A stretch of DNA of 61,748 nucleotides, the filler included, from Kipferlia bialata (Eukaryota): NCBI GenBank assembly GCA_003568945.1. It is 3 parts of 3 records of this genome, joined end to end, with 100 filler letters (N's around TTAATTAATTAA, not from the genome) between each part and the next. Parts side by side here need not be neighbours in the genome. Positions count along the whole stretch, not along the records: positions 48,381 to 61,748 come from BDIP01000254.1; 2 more parts are not named here. One strand, written 5' to 3'. Shown here one piece after another: positions 48,383 to 58,606 of this stretch. The notes beneath the pieces are model-generated. The model was not told the DNA's origin. It did no database searches and worked only from the letters and a program-made list of their open reading frames with translations. Position 1 is the stretch's first letter; each line of letters opens with the position of its first letter. The position numbers and the translations under genes were made by a program.

Positions 48383-51300
48383 AACTCGTCTTCTGGCTCC
48401 AACGGCTCCATCTTGATTGGAGGTTCTGGCGCTACGGTCACTGATGTCGAGTCGGTTGATATTGGTCAGAACTCCAGCATGGTCCTTCTTGGAACGGCTG
48501 CCATTGAGACATATGTCCGTGGTACACTCAACGTGGTCACCACTGTGAACACCCCCCTGGTTGAGAGTAAGACCACGGCCTTGACCGTGACTGCCATGAC
48601 GACCATGCCTGTCACCATTGGAAACACTGGAAACTCAGCCTCAGAGCCCTCTGTTCAGCTCATCGGTGAACTGATTCAGTTTGGCGACGCTGACCGTGTT
48701 GTGGAGCTCTCCCGACCCACCAGTACAGGGGCAGGCCTTGCCACTGTGATTGCTGGTCAGGACGGAAGTGTGCTAGACAACGGTGGCAGTCTGACACTTG
48801 TTGCAGGTGCTGGAGGCGTGTCTGACCCTACATCAGTGGGCGGGGACCTCCTCCTACACGGTGGGTACGGTGTCCAAGCTGATGGAGCCGTGAATATCGG
48901 ATCAGCTGCCAACACACACTTGAGTGTTGTACCCTCCACTGATAAGGTTATCGTTCGTGATGTGGACACCTTGGTTACCGATACAATTGCTTCCCACTCT
49001 GGGGACGCTCTCACTATCGGCTCTGGAGATGGGACAGCAGGAGTTCTTATCGGGACTGTTGGGGACAGTGTGACGCTCTCTGCTAGTGGCAGCGCTGTCA
49101 CCGTGTCGGGCACTCTCTCTGTAGTGGAGGATGCTGTCTTCACTACAGATGTGGACATTCAGGGGACCACTCTCACTGTTGGAGACGCCCCTGGTGACGC
49201 TGACTTCTATATACAGCTGCCCAACGTTCCTGGTACTGGTACTGCTGCTGGTGACTTGCACCTCCTGCCAGGGGTGACGGGTGCCGGCACTGGGGATGTC
49301 AACATTGGTCTCAGTGGGGGAGGTGTTAACATTGACACTCTCTCCTACTTCGCCGACGACCTCCAGCTGGACAAGAATGTCCACACCATCTCCCACGGGG
49401 TGGCAGCTGATGCATCGTCAGTTCTCAACATCGTGGGCGCCACAGGAGCCTCTAATGGAGGCGATGTTGTTGTGACATCTGGAGCTGGTCCCACCAGTGG
49501 AGATCTCTATCTCAGCATCGGTAGCAACACCGGCTCCCCTGGCTCCGTTTACCTCGGTGCCCAGGCCTCTGCCACTGTAGTCACCTCCCCAGCTGAGTTA
49601 CAGAGCACGCTGGAGGTGGAGGACGAGATTACCCTCGGAAATGCCTCCAACCGGTCCCTGATCACTGGATACCACACTACTTCTAGCGTGGGTGTGAACA
49701 ACTTTGTCATTGCCAGTCAGTACTCCCACACACATGCAGGGGACCTCTATCTCGGGACCTCTACCTCTGGCGATGGCCAGGTAGACAGCACGGTGTATCT
49801 AGCATCTGCTACTGGCCACACCGAGGTGTTGAATGATTTGACTATCGATGGAACTGACATGTTCCTCGGCAGTGGCGCTGGATTTGACATCACCTCCATA
49901 GGCGGTGAGCTCTCTGTGCTTGGTGCTGACTGCACCTCTGGTACATGCAGTGGGGTGACCATCATGGGAGGGGCCTCTAGTGGGGGTGGAGTCACCAGTG
50001 GCAGTGTCACCATCGATGCCGGTGCCACAACTGGTGGGTCAGTGGGCACTGTGGACATTGGCCTGGCCAGCACCCAGGTGAACCTAGGCACTACCTACGC
50101 CACCGGTGTTAGGGTGTCTTCCACCGTTGAGGTGCCCCAGGTCCAGTCCCCGTCTGACCTGGTGGTCACAACAACCGGGGACAACAGCGTTGTCATTGGA
50201 AACCAGGCTGCCACCGTTCCCGTCCATCTGAGAGGGACTAATGTAGAGGTCGGTGAGGACGCCACTGCCTACACCCTCCAGAGGGTAGCCAGCACCACCG
50301 CTGTCTGTGGGGCATTCGACATCCTTGGCCAGGCATCTACCACTGCAGCCTCCACTGGCGGTACTGTACTAGTAGCAGGAGGAGACGCCGTGTCTGTCGG
50401 AGGGTCTGTGCGTGTACGTGGTGGGTCTGGGACGACAGATGGTGATATCCATATCGGAGACTCTTCCACTGAGACAGTCTACATTGGAGCAACCTCACAT
50501 ACCGTCGAGATCGCCAGTGATGTTGTTGTGAGCTCCATCATTAAGGCATCAACTTCGTCCCACCTTGTCCTAGACACTCTATCCGCTACAGAGGAGGTCC
50601 AGATCGGTATAGCCGCAAACGCTGTCCGCTTGGGATACTCTATCTTGAGTGACAGTGTAGATGTCTTCGGCCACATATACCTGACCGACACCAGCGACAT
50701 GCTCATTGCAGCCGAGCCTATCTCTTCAGGAGCAGGCAGCGGCCTCACTCTGTCTGGACAGGACACCACCGACACAGGGGTGGCAGGGGGAGACCTCACC
50801 CTAGAGGGAGGCTCAGCGGTCTCTGGGACATTGGGTGGCAATGTGTATGTGTCTGGTGGTTCCGGTGGTACCACTGATGGAAACGTGGTTGTCAGTGGCA
50901 ACACCATCACTCTTGCTGCCTCTGACGCCCTTATCATCACTAGTGCCAACCCAATGGCCGTCACTGGGGACCTCACTGTCTCCAGTAGCATATCCACGCC
51001 TTACATCCTAGGCACATCAGGTGTCGACATTGCAAGGTTCGATGGCTTTGGCGATCTGACCCTGGGAGGCGATGCTCTCAACCTTAACCTTGCTGGAGCC
51101 ACTCTCACTGTGGGAGCTGATGATGCTGCCTACTCGTACGAGCGCCCTGTATCTACATCGAGTGGCTTTGCCACTGAGCTTCACGGCCAGGATGGAGCCT
51201 CTGACTCTAATGGAGGAGTGCTTCGCCTGCTCGGAGGCGATGCTGGGACTGACACTGGAAGCACCCCCGTCGGTGGGTCTGTATTCATCGACGGTGGGTA

Positions 51301-54300
51301 CTCCACTGCCACTACTGGTAGTGTCATGGTGGGTACCACCACCAACTCAGCTGACGTGACTATCGGTCGCTCAGGCGCCACTGCCTACATCCCCAGTGAC
51401 CTAGAGGTCAGCACCGTGACCAGTGCGTCTGGGTCTACTCTGACCCTGGACAGTGACACCCAGGTGGACATATCCAACGCATCTGTCGCCATCCACACCA
51501 AGGGGGCTCTGACTGCTGAGAAGGATATCACTCTAGCATCGACGGCCACCAGTATTCTCTTTGACAATGCCAACCCCACAATTGCTGGAGCCAACACCTC
51601 GACTGCTGGTACCCTCACAATCCAAGGTGCAGGGCTCTCTGGTACTGCCAGTGGTGTCCTTGTTAAGGGCGGCACCTCCGGCACAGCTGTCGGGGGTCCT
51701 GTCACCATAGAGGGCGGGTCAGGCTCCACAGCGGGAGGAGGAGTGACCATCAGTGGTGGCACTGGAACCGCTACTGGTTCCGTCACTATTACTGGTAACG
51801 ACCTCGACATCCAGTCCCCCACCGTCATCCAGAGCACCCTGGAAGTGACCTCCAGCATCGACTGTGCCACCCTGCTCACATCCACTGGCACCCTTCTCGC
51901 GGAGAGTGCGGGTGTACTGAGGGTCGGAGACTCTAGCGTGTCTGTCACTATTAACGATGATAACCTCACCCTTGGCCTGGACTCCAGTGCATTCAGTCTC
52001 ATCCGTCCCACTGTTACAGGTTCTGCCACGGCCACCTCCCTTCTCGGACAGGCTGGCACCACTGCAGGAGGGCATGTCTATGTCACAGGAGGAGACGGCT
52101 CCACAGCTGGAAACCTTGTGCTGGACTCTGGCTCTGGCTCCACAGGGTCGGTGGAGATTGGAGGGTCCAACGCTGCCACTGTATCCATAGGAGGCGGTGC
52201 TACACGGACCGAGCTTCTGAGCACCGTCTACACTGATCTCATCACTTCTGATTCCACTCTCACTGTCACCTCCACCACTGGCCTTACCATGGGCACCGCA
52301 GGGGTGGCTGTGTCTATTGAGGGTACCCTTGAGATCCCTGCGACTCCCACCATCACCTCCTCGACCCTCTATCTGTCCCCCACTGCTGACTCTACCATCA
52401 CTGCTGCAGATGTGGCTGGCACTGGATTTGACATGACCATCAGGGCCATGGGGTCTAGCGGTGCCAACACAGGAGGCAACCTGATCCTCAACAGTGGTAC
52501 CTCATCCACCGGTGCCTCTGGCAATGTGGTGATCGATGCTGCCCTGGGAGGTGGGTCGCAGGGTGCCGTGGTCATCGGATCCTCAGGCACCTCTTTGTCT
52601 GTGGAGGCCCCGTCTACATTCATAGAGAATGTGGATGTGCAGGCTATCCTCTCCTCCAACGCTGTGCACTCCAACTACCTTGTCAATGCCGCTGGCACCC
52701 ATGACATGGTCTCTGACCAGGGCACAGCCGTGCATGTGGGAGACGCACTCTACTCCAACGTCCAGATCAACACCAACGAGATGTCTCTCGGTGTGAACTC
52801 TGCTGACTTCACCATATCCCGTCCATCTGTCGCTGGCACCTCTTACTCCACCACGCTCCAGGGAATGGAGGCTACTGGGGGGAACACAGGTGGTAACCTC
52901 TACCTGCTCTCTGGCGTTGGTTCCACCGGTGGACACATCTACATGTCCGCTGGATCCTCCGGGGGACATGTCAACATCGGTACCATCAACAGCACTGGCT
53001 ACGTCCGCATCACCCCTCCGACTGAGATTGATGGTACCCTTAAGGTGTCTCGCCTCATATCTGACGTTACCCTTGGAGAGACCAACGGTGTCTCCTCAGT
53101 CACCACCGTCAAGGGAGAGTTGGTCGTGGGCGCTGACGTTGTCTTCACGAGAGATGCTGATATCAGCATAGCCCCCGAGTCTGTCACCACCCAGCGCACC
53201 CTGTCCCTCACAGCCCACCCCACCACTGGAGGTGCTGATGGAGGGCACCTTGTGCTGATGTCTGGGTCTAGCTCTGGGGGTGCTGCAGGTGATGTTCAGA
53301 TTGACACCCACGGGACATTCACCACAGACACCGCACAGGTCAGGATAGGACCCAGCAACGCCTCCCACGTCACAATCACGCCCGACACGACGATCTCCAC
53401 CACCCTCTCTGTGCCCAGTATCATCAACTCCGGCACCCTACTCCTTCAGACCTCTGCTCTGCAGGTGACAGCTCCCACCACAACCTTTGGGGTAGGCCTC
53501 CAGCTCACCCCCGCCACCTCCACCCTATCTGTGCCCGACCTAGGGACAGACACCGACATGACCATAGCAGGGCAGACAAGGGGGTCCAACACCCTTGGTG
53601 GGTCTGTGTACATCAATGCAGGAGACGGCACCACCACCAATGGAGAGGTCATAGTGGGGGCAGCCAACACTGCCACATTCCGCGTCGCATCTACCACCAC
53701 TATGGAGGATGAGCTGTTCGTGGATACCATTACTTCGTATTCAGGAGATGTTTCCATCGACGGCAACGGCAACAAGGTGGTACTGGCCGGGTCCAGGGTT
53801 GACCTTGGAACAGACACCTACTTTGATGATCTGTACAGCCTGACCGACGGTATCTCCACCTCCATCAGAGCCAGCTCAGGAGACCTGACTATTGTGGCCA
53901 CTAACGATCTCTCCCTGGGAAGCACTGGAGGAACCACCACATTCACTGCGACTACAGTCAGTATGGACCATGACCTAGACGTCACTGGGGATCTGGATGT
54001 GGGCGGCAACATAGACGTCGACTCTATTGTCAGCACAGGGGGCCTTCTTCTGGACAATGTGGACACAATCAGCAACTCCTCGGGTAACATTGCCCTCACC
54101 GCTTCTTCGTCCTCCATCGACTTCACTGCCTCAGGCGGTATCAACATGGTCAGTCCCCTCAACACCAGTGCCTCCCTCAACCTTGGGGGTGGCATGGCGT
54201 GCGATGCAGCTGTGTGTACAGTGCATGGCTTGGGTACCAACAAGTTGGAGATCTACGACACTGCCGTCCTAGCGGGTCCTGCCACTAGTCCGCTAGTTAT

Positions 54301-57300
54301 TAGTGGCGGAACTGGGCAGACGGTGAAGCTCACAGAGGTGCTTGCTGTCGAACACGCTGGAGGTGACATTGCGCTCAACTCAAGCACAGTGACTGTGTCC
54401 ACTGCTCTAGTGGTGGATACCATCCAGCCTTCAGCCACTGGTATAACCATCGCTGGAGGCGCAGGTCCAATCAGCCTGACCACCTACTCCTACCTAGCCC
54501 TTGGGTCTGGGTCCAAGCTGTACGACAGCCAGCTGGTTGCCACGACAGCCTACACGATCAACACGTCCAACAACCGATTGACCCTGAACTCTGGCTCTGC
54601 TGATATCTGGGTGGACACTGCCAACCTTGTGGCTGCTGAGGACATGACACTCAAGGCTGATGGTACCCACACTATCGACATCGAGTCGGTCCAGTCCATC
54701 ACAGGAGAGGCCTCTGTCGACCTCACCATATCCGCAGCCTCTGGCCAGGACCTCGACCTCAGCAATGTGGGTGAGATCACTGCACGTGGCAGCAACGACA
54801 TCACAGTCACACTGTCCACCGGAAAGCTTGTGGTGACGTCTGGTACCATCCAGACGCGATCCATCAGTGCCGATGGGGCCAACACCCTGACCCTGTCTGC
54901 CTCCAGTAACATCAGCCTCAGTGCCACCACCGTGTCTGTCTCTGGGTCTCTGGACGTGGCCACTGTACAGAACACTGGCACTCTGTCCCTGGTCAGCACT
55001 GGGACTGTCTCCCTCAGTGGTGATGTAGAAGTCGTGCCTGCCAGTGGCTCCACTGCCAACATCCTCCCCTCCTCCGGCAACAACCTAGTGCTCAAGGCAC
55101 CCTCCAACAGCCTCAGTCTTGAGGACGTGACCACAGTCGCCGGTTCTGGCGTCACTGTGAATGGTTCGGTCTCTGCTCTCATCACCTCTGCAGGCACAAC
55201 TGATGTGTATGCAGGGGGAGCCCTCACTATTGAGGGCGGCACTGTCTCTCTCGAGTATCTTGGTGGTGGCAACATATCCATCCAGAACTTTGGTGTCTTC
55301 ACTGCCAACACCCTCACTATTGACGCAGACACCACCATCACGGGAGGCAGCACCAAGGACATCACTATCGTGGCCCAGAATGTCATCAACACCGCCTCCA
55401 CTCTGTTTGAGGTCACCACCCCAACCGTGTCATTTGTCACAGGCGCTCAGACTGCAGACTTCACCAGTACGGGTCTCACCTTTGACTCCTCTGCCACAAT
55501 CACCACTGATGCATCGTCCGGCAGCGACTTGACCGTATCGGCAGATGGGGCTGTGTATGTACACAACCTCAGCTACCTATACGGTCCAACACAGACTGCG
55601 TGGATACAGTTTGACACTGCCGAAGTCAAGATTGAGCAGCTCTCGGTCGTCAACGTGCCCCTTAACGGGTTGGACTTCACCGGTACTGGCATTGTGCAGA
55701 CCTTCAACCCAGTGGAGCACCGTGACACCACCACTCTCTACGACACATTCACTGTCTCGACCAACAGCCTGTCGACCTTCAATGGCCTGATCACTGCCAA
55801 CGAGTATGTCACAATGAATGACGGTATGACTGTCTCGCTTTCATCTTCGACCAGTTACTTCCTGAGCGACCTCGAGATCGGCACTGCTGCTTCCACCACC
55901 ATCAAGGGTGGCCTGACCGTGGATACGAACGCAGCTGTCTTTGCCTCTACCTCCGACGTCACCATCCACTCTGACCTCATTGTATCAGCCTCTGGCACCT
56001 CCACCTTCAACAGCAACCTCACAGCCACCACCGGAGTGCTGATCCAGAACTCAACCGCCTCACGCGGCTATGGACTTCGCGTTGAGCACCAGATCACCCA
56101 GTTGGCGGCAGGTCTCACTGTCACAGGTGCTCTAACTACCATTGAGGCTGGGCTGAAGGTGATAACTGCAGACGTTGATATCAACACCAACGTCGATATT
56201 GCCGGTACCCTTACCGTCCACTCAGCCACCGCTATCAACGCTGCCGTCACCATCGCCAGTACCCTGCAGGTGACTGGGGCCAACCTGACTACCCTGCAGG
56301 GAGGTCTGACTGTGAACAACACCCAGATCCACACCACTGCCGGTCTACAGGTCAGTGGCGCCAACCTTGTGCTGTTTGACAACACTGCGAACACTCAGTT
56401 CTCTGGGAGTAACGTCATCATTGACAGTCCCCACACCCTGACCGTGGGAGGGGCCACCATTCTCCAGAGTACCCTGGATGTCACTGGTACCACTACCTGT
56501 GCCGCCATCAATGCCGTTGGCAATGTTGACATCAACGGTAACTTCGATGTGTCTGGTACTGTGATATTCCAGAACACCCTCACTGTGACCCTTGGAACCC
56601 TGCTGAACAGCACCCTCGGAGTCACTGGTCTCACCACCTTGGGCAACGGTCTCAATGTCACTGGCACCACCGCTGTCACGGGTGTCGCCACTATCTCCAG
56701 CACCCTCACGGTGGGTGGCCTTGGCACCTTCAATGCCGGACTCACTGTCAACACCACGGTGCTCACAGCCTCGGCTGGCCTTACTGTGACTGGAGCCACC
56801 CAGCTGAACAATGCTCTCACCGTCACCGGTGCAGTGGACTTCAATGGCGGTGCCAATATCAGTGGTACTGGTGGCCTGGTTGTGAGCGGAAACGGCCTGC
56901 ACGTGACCAGTTCTGCTGCTAGCGACATCGGTGGCAACCTGACGGTCACTGGTATACTGGAGGTAACCAGCAATGCCGATCTGAATGGCGGCATGACAAT
57001 CTCAAAGGCCTCTGGTACTGTCATGACCGTTGCTGCTGCCAACTCTTCTACCAACGGCATCAACATCTCAACTGGAATGTTCACCGTTGCTGGACTTGCC
57101 ACCATGGATGGAGCCGCGGCTGTGAACGGATCCTCTGCCGGTAAGGCCCTGGCGATCGCTGCTAGCGCGGGCTCAGACTGGGGTGTCTATATCTCCAGTG
57201 GTAAGTTGTATGTCAACGGGGCCACTGACATTGACGGGGGTGCCAACATTGCCTCTGGCCTTGTCGCCAGTGGAGGCACCACCCTGACAGGGGGCCTCGA

Positions 57301-58210
57301 TGTCACAGGCACCACAGACTTCAACACCCACTTCACAGCCACGTCCTCTGCCTTCTCCAGCTATGTCAATGTGAGTGGTGCCGTCGACATCGACGGAGGT
57401 CTCACGGTGGACAAGGCTTCTGGGACAGCACTCACTGTCGCAGCAGTCAACTCCTCCACCACAGCTATCCACATCACCGCTGGAAAGCTCCTGGTGGCAG
57501 GTGCCTCTACCCTCAGTGGAGGCCTGACCGTGACTAACGGTATTGCTGTCACTGGAACGACTACGTTTAACTCTCTTGTCGACATTACGGCTGGTTTGGA
57601 TGTGGACGGAACAGCTACCATGGTCGGTGGACTGGTTCTTACCACTGTGGCCACGCCTCTCACCGTCACTGGTAGTTCTGCTTCCAGCAATGCCATTAAC
57701 ATCACAAAGGGTGGTCTCAAGGTTGCTGACGGAGACACCTATCTTGTAGACGATCTCCGAGTGGACGGTACTGTCGATTTCAACTCGACGCTGGATGTCT
57801 CTGGTTCCGCCACGATGACCGGTGGACTGACGCTCACCAGTGTGACCACACCCTTGACCGTTACTGGTTCGAGTTCAGGCAGTTATGCTCTGAAGGTCAC
57901 CTCGGGAGGGTTACAAGTGCAGAATGCTGTCGATTTCAACAACGCACTGAATGTCGATGGAGCCACCACGCTCAACACCCTCACAGTCTCAAGTACGACG
58001 ACATTCAATAACAACGTGAGTTGCCCCAGCCACAAGATCACAACCGAGAATCTACGAGTTAACAACTATGCGTACTTCTACGACACTTCTGGCGGTACGG
58101 GTTATTGGTACATTAAGGCAACCTCTTCTTTGCTGGAGTTCTGGCACTCTTCCAATTCTTCTACGAGAAGGGGATACATTTCTACTGGTGATTCTAACAG
58201 GCACATTTAG
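48383..58210 (+). CDS. Giant intronless T/S/G/V-rich beta-repeat protein (tail-fibre/adhesin-like), >3270 aa, 5'-truncated
   Basis: Frame is open from the scaffold edge to TAG. Recurrent GGxLxLxGGxG...GxVxIG modules and short-period TLTVTGATTL-type repeats. Confidence 0.9.
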   Translation, partial: NSSSGSNGSILIGGSGATVTDVESVDIGQNSSMVLLGTAAIETYVRGTLNVVTTVNTPLVESKTTALTVTAMTTMPVTIGNTGNSASEPSVQLIGELIQFGDADRVVELSRPTSTGAGLATVIAGQDGSVLDNGGSLTLVAGAGGVSDPTSVGGDLLLHGGYGVQADGAVNIGSAANTHLSVVPSTDKVIVRDVDTLVTDTIASHSGDALTIGSGDGTAGVLIGTVGDSVTLSASGSAVTVSGTLSVVEDAVFTTDVDIQGTTLTVGDAPGDADFYIQLPNVPGTGTAAGDLHLLPGVTGAGTGDVNIGLSGGGVNIDTLSYFADDLQLDKNVHTISHGVAADASSVLNIVGATGASNGGDVVVTSGAGPTSGDLYLSIGSNTGSPGSVYLGAQASATVVTSPAELQSTLEVEDEITLGNASNRSLITGYHTTSSVGVNNFVIASQYSHTHAGDLYLGTSTSGDGQVDSTVYLASATGHTEVLNDLTIDGTDMFLGSGAGFDITSIGGELSVLGADCTSGTCSGVTIMGGASSGGGVTSGSVTIDAGATTGGSVGTVDIGLASTQVNLGTTYATGVRVSSTVEVPQVQSPSDLVVTTTGDNSVVIGNQAATVPVHLRGTNVEVGEDATAYTLQRVASTTAVCGAFDILGQASTTAASTGGTVLVAGGDAVSVGGSVRVRGGSGTTDGDIHIGDSSTETVYIGATSHTVEIASDVVVSSIIKASTSSHLVLDTLSATEEVQIGIAANAVRLGYSILSDSVDVFGHIYLTDTSDMLIAAEPISSGAGSGLTLSGQDTTDTGVAGGDLTLEGGSAVSGTLGGNVYVSGGSGGTTDGNVVVSGNTITLAASDALIITSANPMAVTGDLTVSSSISTPYILGTSGVDIARFDGFGDLTLGGDALNLNLAGATLTVGADDAAYSYERPVSTSSGFATELHGQDGASDSNGGVLRLLGGDAGTDTGSTPVGGSVFIDGGYSTATTGSVMVGTTTNSADVTIGRSGATAYIPSDLEVSTVTSASGSTLTLDSDTQVDISNASVAIHTKGALTAEKDITLASTATSILFDNANPTIAGANTSTAGTLTIQGAGLSGTASGVLVKGGTSGTAVGGPVTIEGGSGSTAGGGVTISGGTGTATGSVTITGNDLDIQSPTVIQSTLEVTSSIDCATLLTSTGTLLAESAGVLRVGDSSVSVTINDDNLTLGLDSSAFSLIRPTVTGSATATSLLGQAGTTAGGHVYVTGGDGSTAGNLVLDSGSGSTGSVEIGGSNAATVSIGGGATRTELLSTVYTDLITSDSTLTVTSTTGLTMGTAGVAVSIEGTLEIPATPTITSSTLYLSPTADSTITAADVAGTGFDMTIRAMGSSGANTGGNLILNSGTSSTGASGNVVIDAALGGGSQGAVVIGSSGTSLSVEAPSTFIENVDVQAILSSNAVHSNYLVNAAGTHDMVSDQGTAVHVGDALYSNVQINTNEMSLGVNSADFTISRPSVAGTSYSTTLQGMEATGGNTGGNLYLLSGVGSTGGHIYMSAGSSGGHVNIGTINSTGYVRITPPTEIDGTLKVSRLISDVTLGETNGVSSVTTVKGELVVGADVVFTRDADISIAPESVTTQRTLSLTAHPTTGGADGGHLVLMSGSSSGGAAGDVQIDTHGTFTTDTAQVRIGPSNASHVTITPDTTISTTLSVPSIINSGTLLLQTSALQVTAPTTTFGVGLQLTPATSTLSVPDLGTDTDMTIAGQTRGSNTLGGSVYINAGDGTTTNGEVIVGAANTATFRVASTTTMEDELFVDTITSYSGDVSIDGNGNKVVLAGSRVDLGTDTYFDDLYSLTDGISTSIRASSGDLTIVATNDLSLGSTGGTTTFTATTVSMDHDLDVTGDLDVGGNIDVDSIVSTGGLLLDNVDTISNSSGNIALTASSSSIDFTASGGINMVSPLNTSASLNLGGGMACDAAVCTVHGLGTNKLEIYDTAVLAGPATSPLVISGGTGQTVKLTEVLAVEHAGGDIALNSSTVTVSTALVVDTIQPSATGITIAGGAGPISLTTYSYLALGSGSKLYDSQLVATTAYTINTSNNRLTLNSGSADIWVDTANLVAAEDMTLKADGTHTIDIESVQSITGEASVDLTISAASGQDLDLSNVGEITARGSNDITVTLSTGKLVVTSGTIQTRSISADGANTLTLSASSNISLSATTVSVSGSLDVATVQNTGTLSLVSTGTVSLSGDVEVVPASGSTANILPSSGNNLVLKAPSNSLSLEDVTTVAGSGVTVNGSVSALITSAGTTDVYAGGALTIEGGTVSLEYLGGGNISIQNFGVFTANTLTIDADTTITGGSTKDITIVAQNVINTASTLFEVTTPTVSFVTGAQTADFTSTGLTFDSSATITTDASSGSDLTVSADGAVYVHNLSYLYGPTQTAWIQFDTAEVKIEQLSVVNVPLNGLDFTGTGIVQTFNPVEHRDTTTLYDTFTVSTNSLSTFNGLITANEYVTMNDGMTVSLSSSTSYFLSDLEIGTAASTTIKGGLTVDTNAAVFASTSDVTIHSDLIVSASGTSTFNSNLTATTGVLIQNSTASRGYGLRVEHQITQLAAGLTVTGALTTIEAGLKVITADVDINTNVDIAGTLTVHSATAINAAVTIASTLQVTGANLTTLQGGLTVNNTQIHTTAGLQVSGANLVLFDNTANTQFSGSNVIIDSPHTLTVGGATILQSTLDVTGTTTCAAINAVGNVDINGNFDVSGTVIFQNTLTVTLGTLLNSTLGVTGLTTLGNGLNVTGTTAVTGVATISSTLTVGGLGTFNAGLTVNTTVLTASAGLTVTGATQLNNALTVTGAVDFNGGANISGTGGLVVSGNGLHVTSSAASDIGGNLTVTGILEVTSNADLNGGMTISKASGTVMTVAAANSSTNGINISTGMFTVAGLATMDGAAAVNGSSAGKALAIAASAGSDWGVYISSGKLYVNGATDIDGGANIASGLVASGGTTLTGGLDVTGTTDFNTHFTATSSAFSSYVNVSGAVDIDGGLTVDKASGTALTVAAVNSSTTAIHITAGKLLVAGASTLSGGLTVTNGIAVTGTTTFNSLVDITAGLDVDGTATMVGGLVLTTVATPLTVTGSSASSNAINITKGGLKVADGDTYLVDDLRVDGTVDFNSTLDVSGSATMTGGLTLTSVTTPLTVTGSSSGSYALKVTSGGLQVQNAVDFNNALNVDGATTLNTLTVSSTTTFNNNVSCPSHKITTENLRVNNYAYFYDTSGGTGYWYIKATSSLLEFWHSSNSSTRRGYISTGDSNRHI

Positions 58211-58606
58211 TTGCACTCTACTCCAAGATTCGCCAATTCAAAATAGAGAGCACTCTGTATTTGTGTTACATCTATTAGCTACTATTTCCCCATTATATAT
58301 ACATATTAGTATTCTAAAAACACTATTCTTGCCAAGTCAATTAGAAGACAAAGGAAGTATCAAGTGGGATGAAATCAATATGAAGCTGATACTATCAACT
58401 ATAGTTACTAGTACCAGGTCCAGTGAATCCCAAGTAGACAACAGAAGCTAGAACAAGTCTGGCTTTCACTCAGCCACCACGAACAACGATACTACTAAAA
58501 GAGACTTTCCCGATTTGCCGTAATATGGAAACTCTGCTAAAGTGGCCCTATTACCTAATAGAACTGTGACCACATACCAATACCGAGCATATCTATGGAC
58601 ACCAGT

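Noticed and set aside
48757..58065. Many antisense ORFs opposite the giant protein
   Set aside because: Shadows of a repetitive T/S/G/V coding sequence.
48383..58210. Endogenous virus or prophage
   Set aside because: No capsid, integrase, polymerase or terminal repeats are visible and the downstream neighbour is a host gene. The upstream context is missing, so this cannot be fully excluded.
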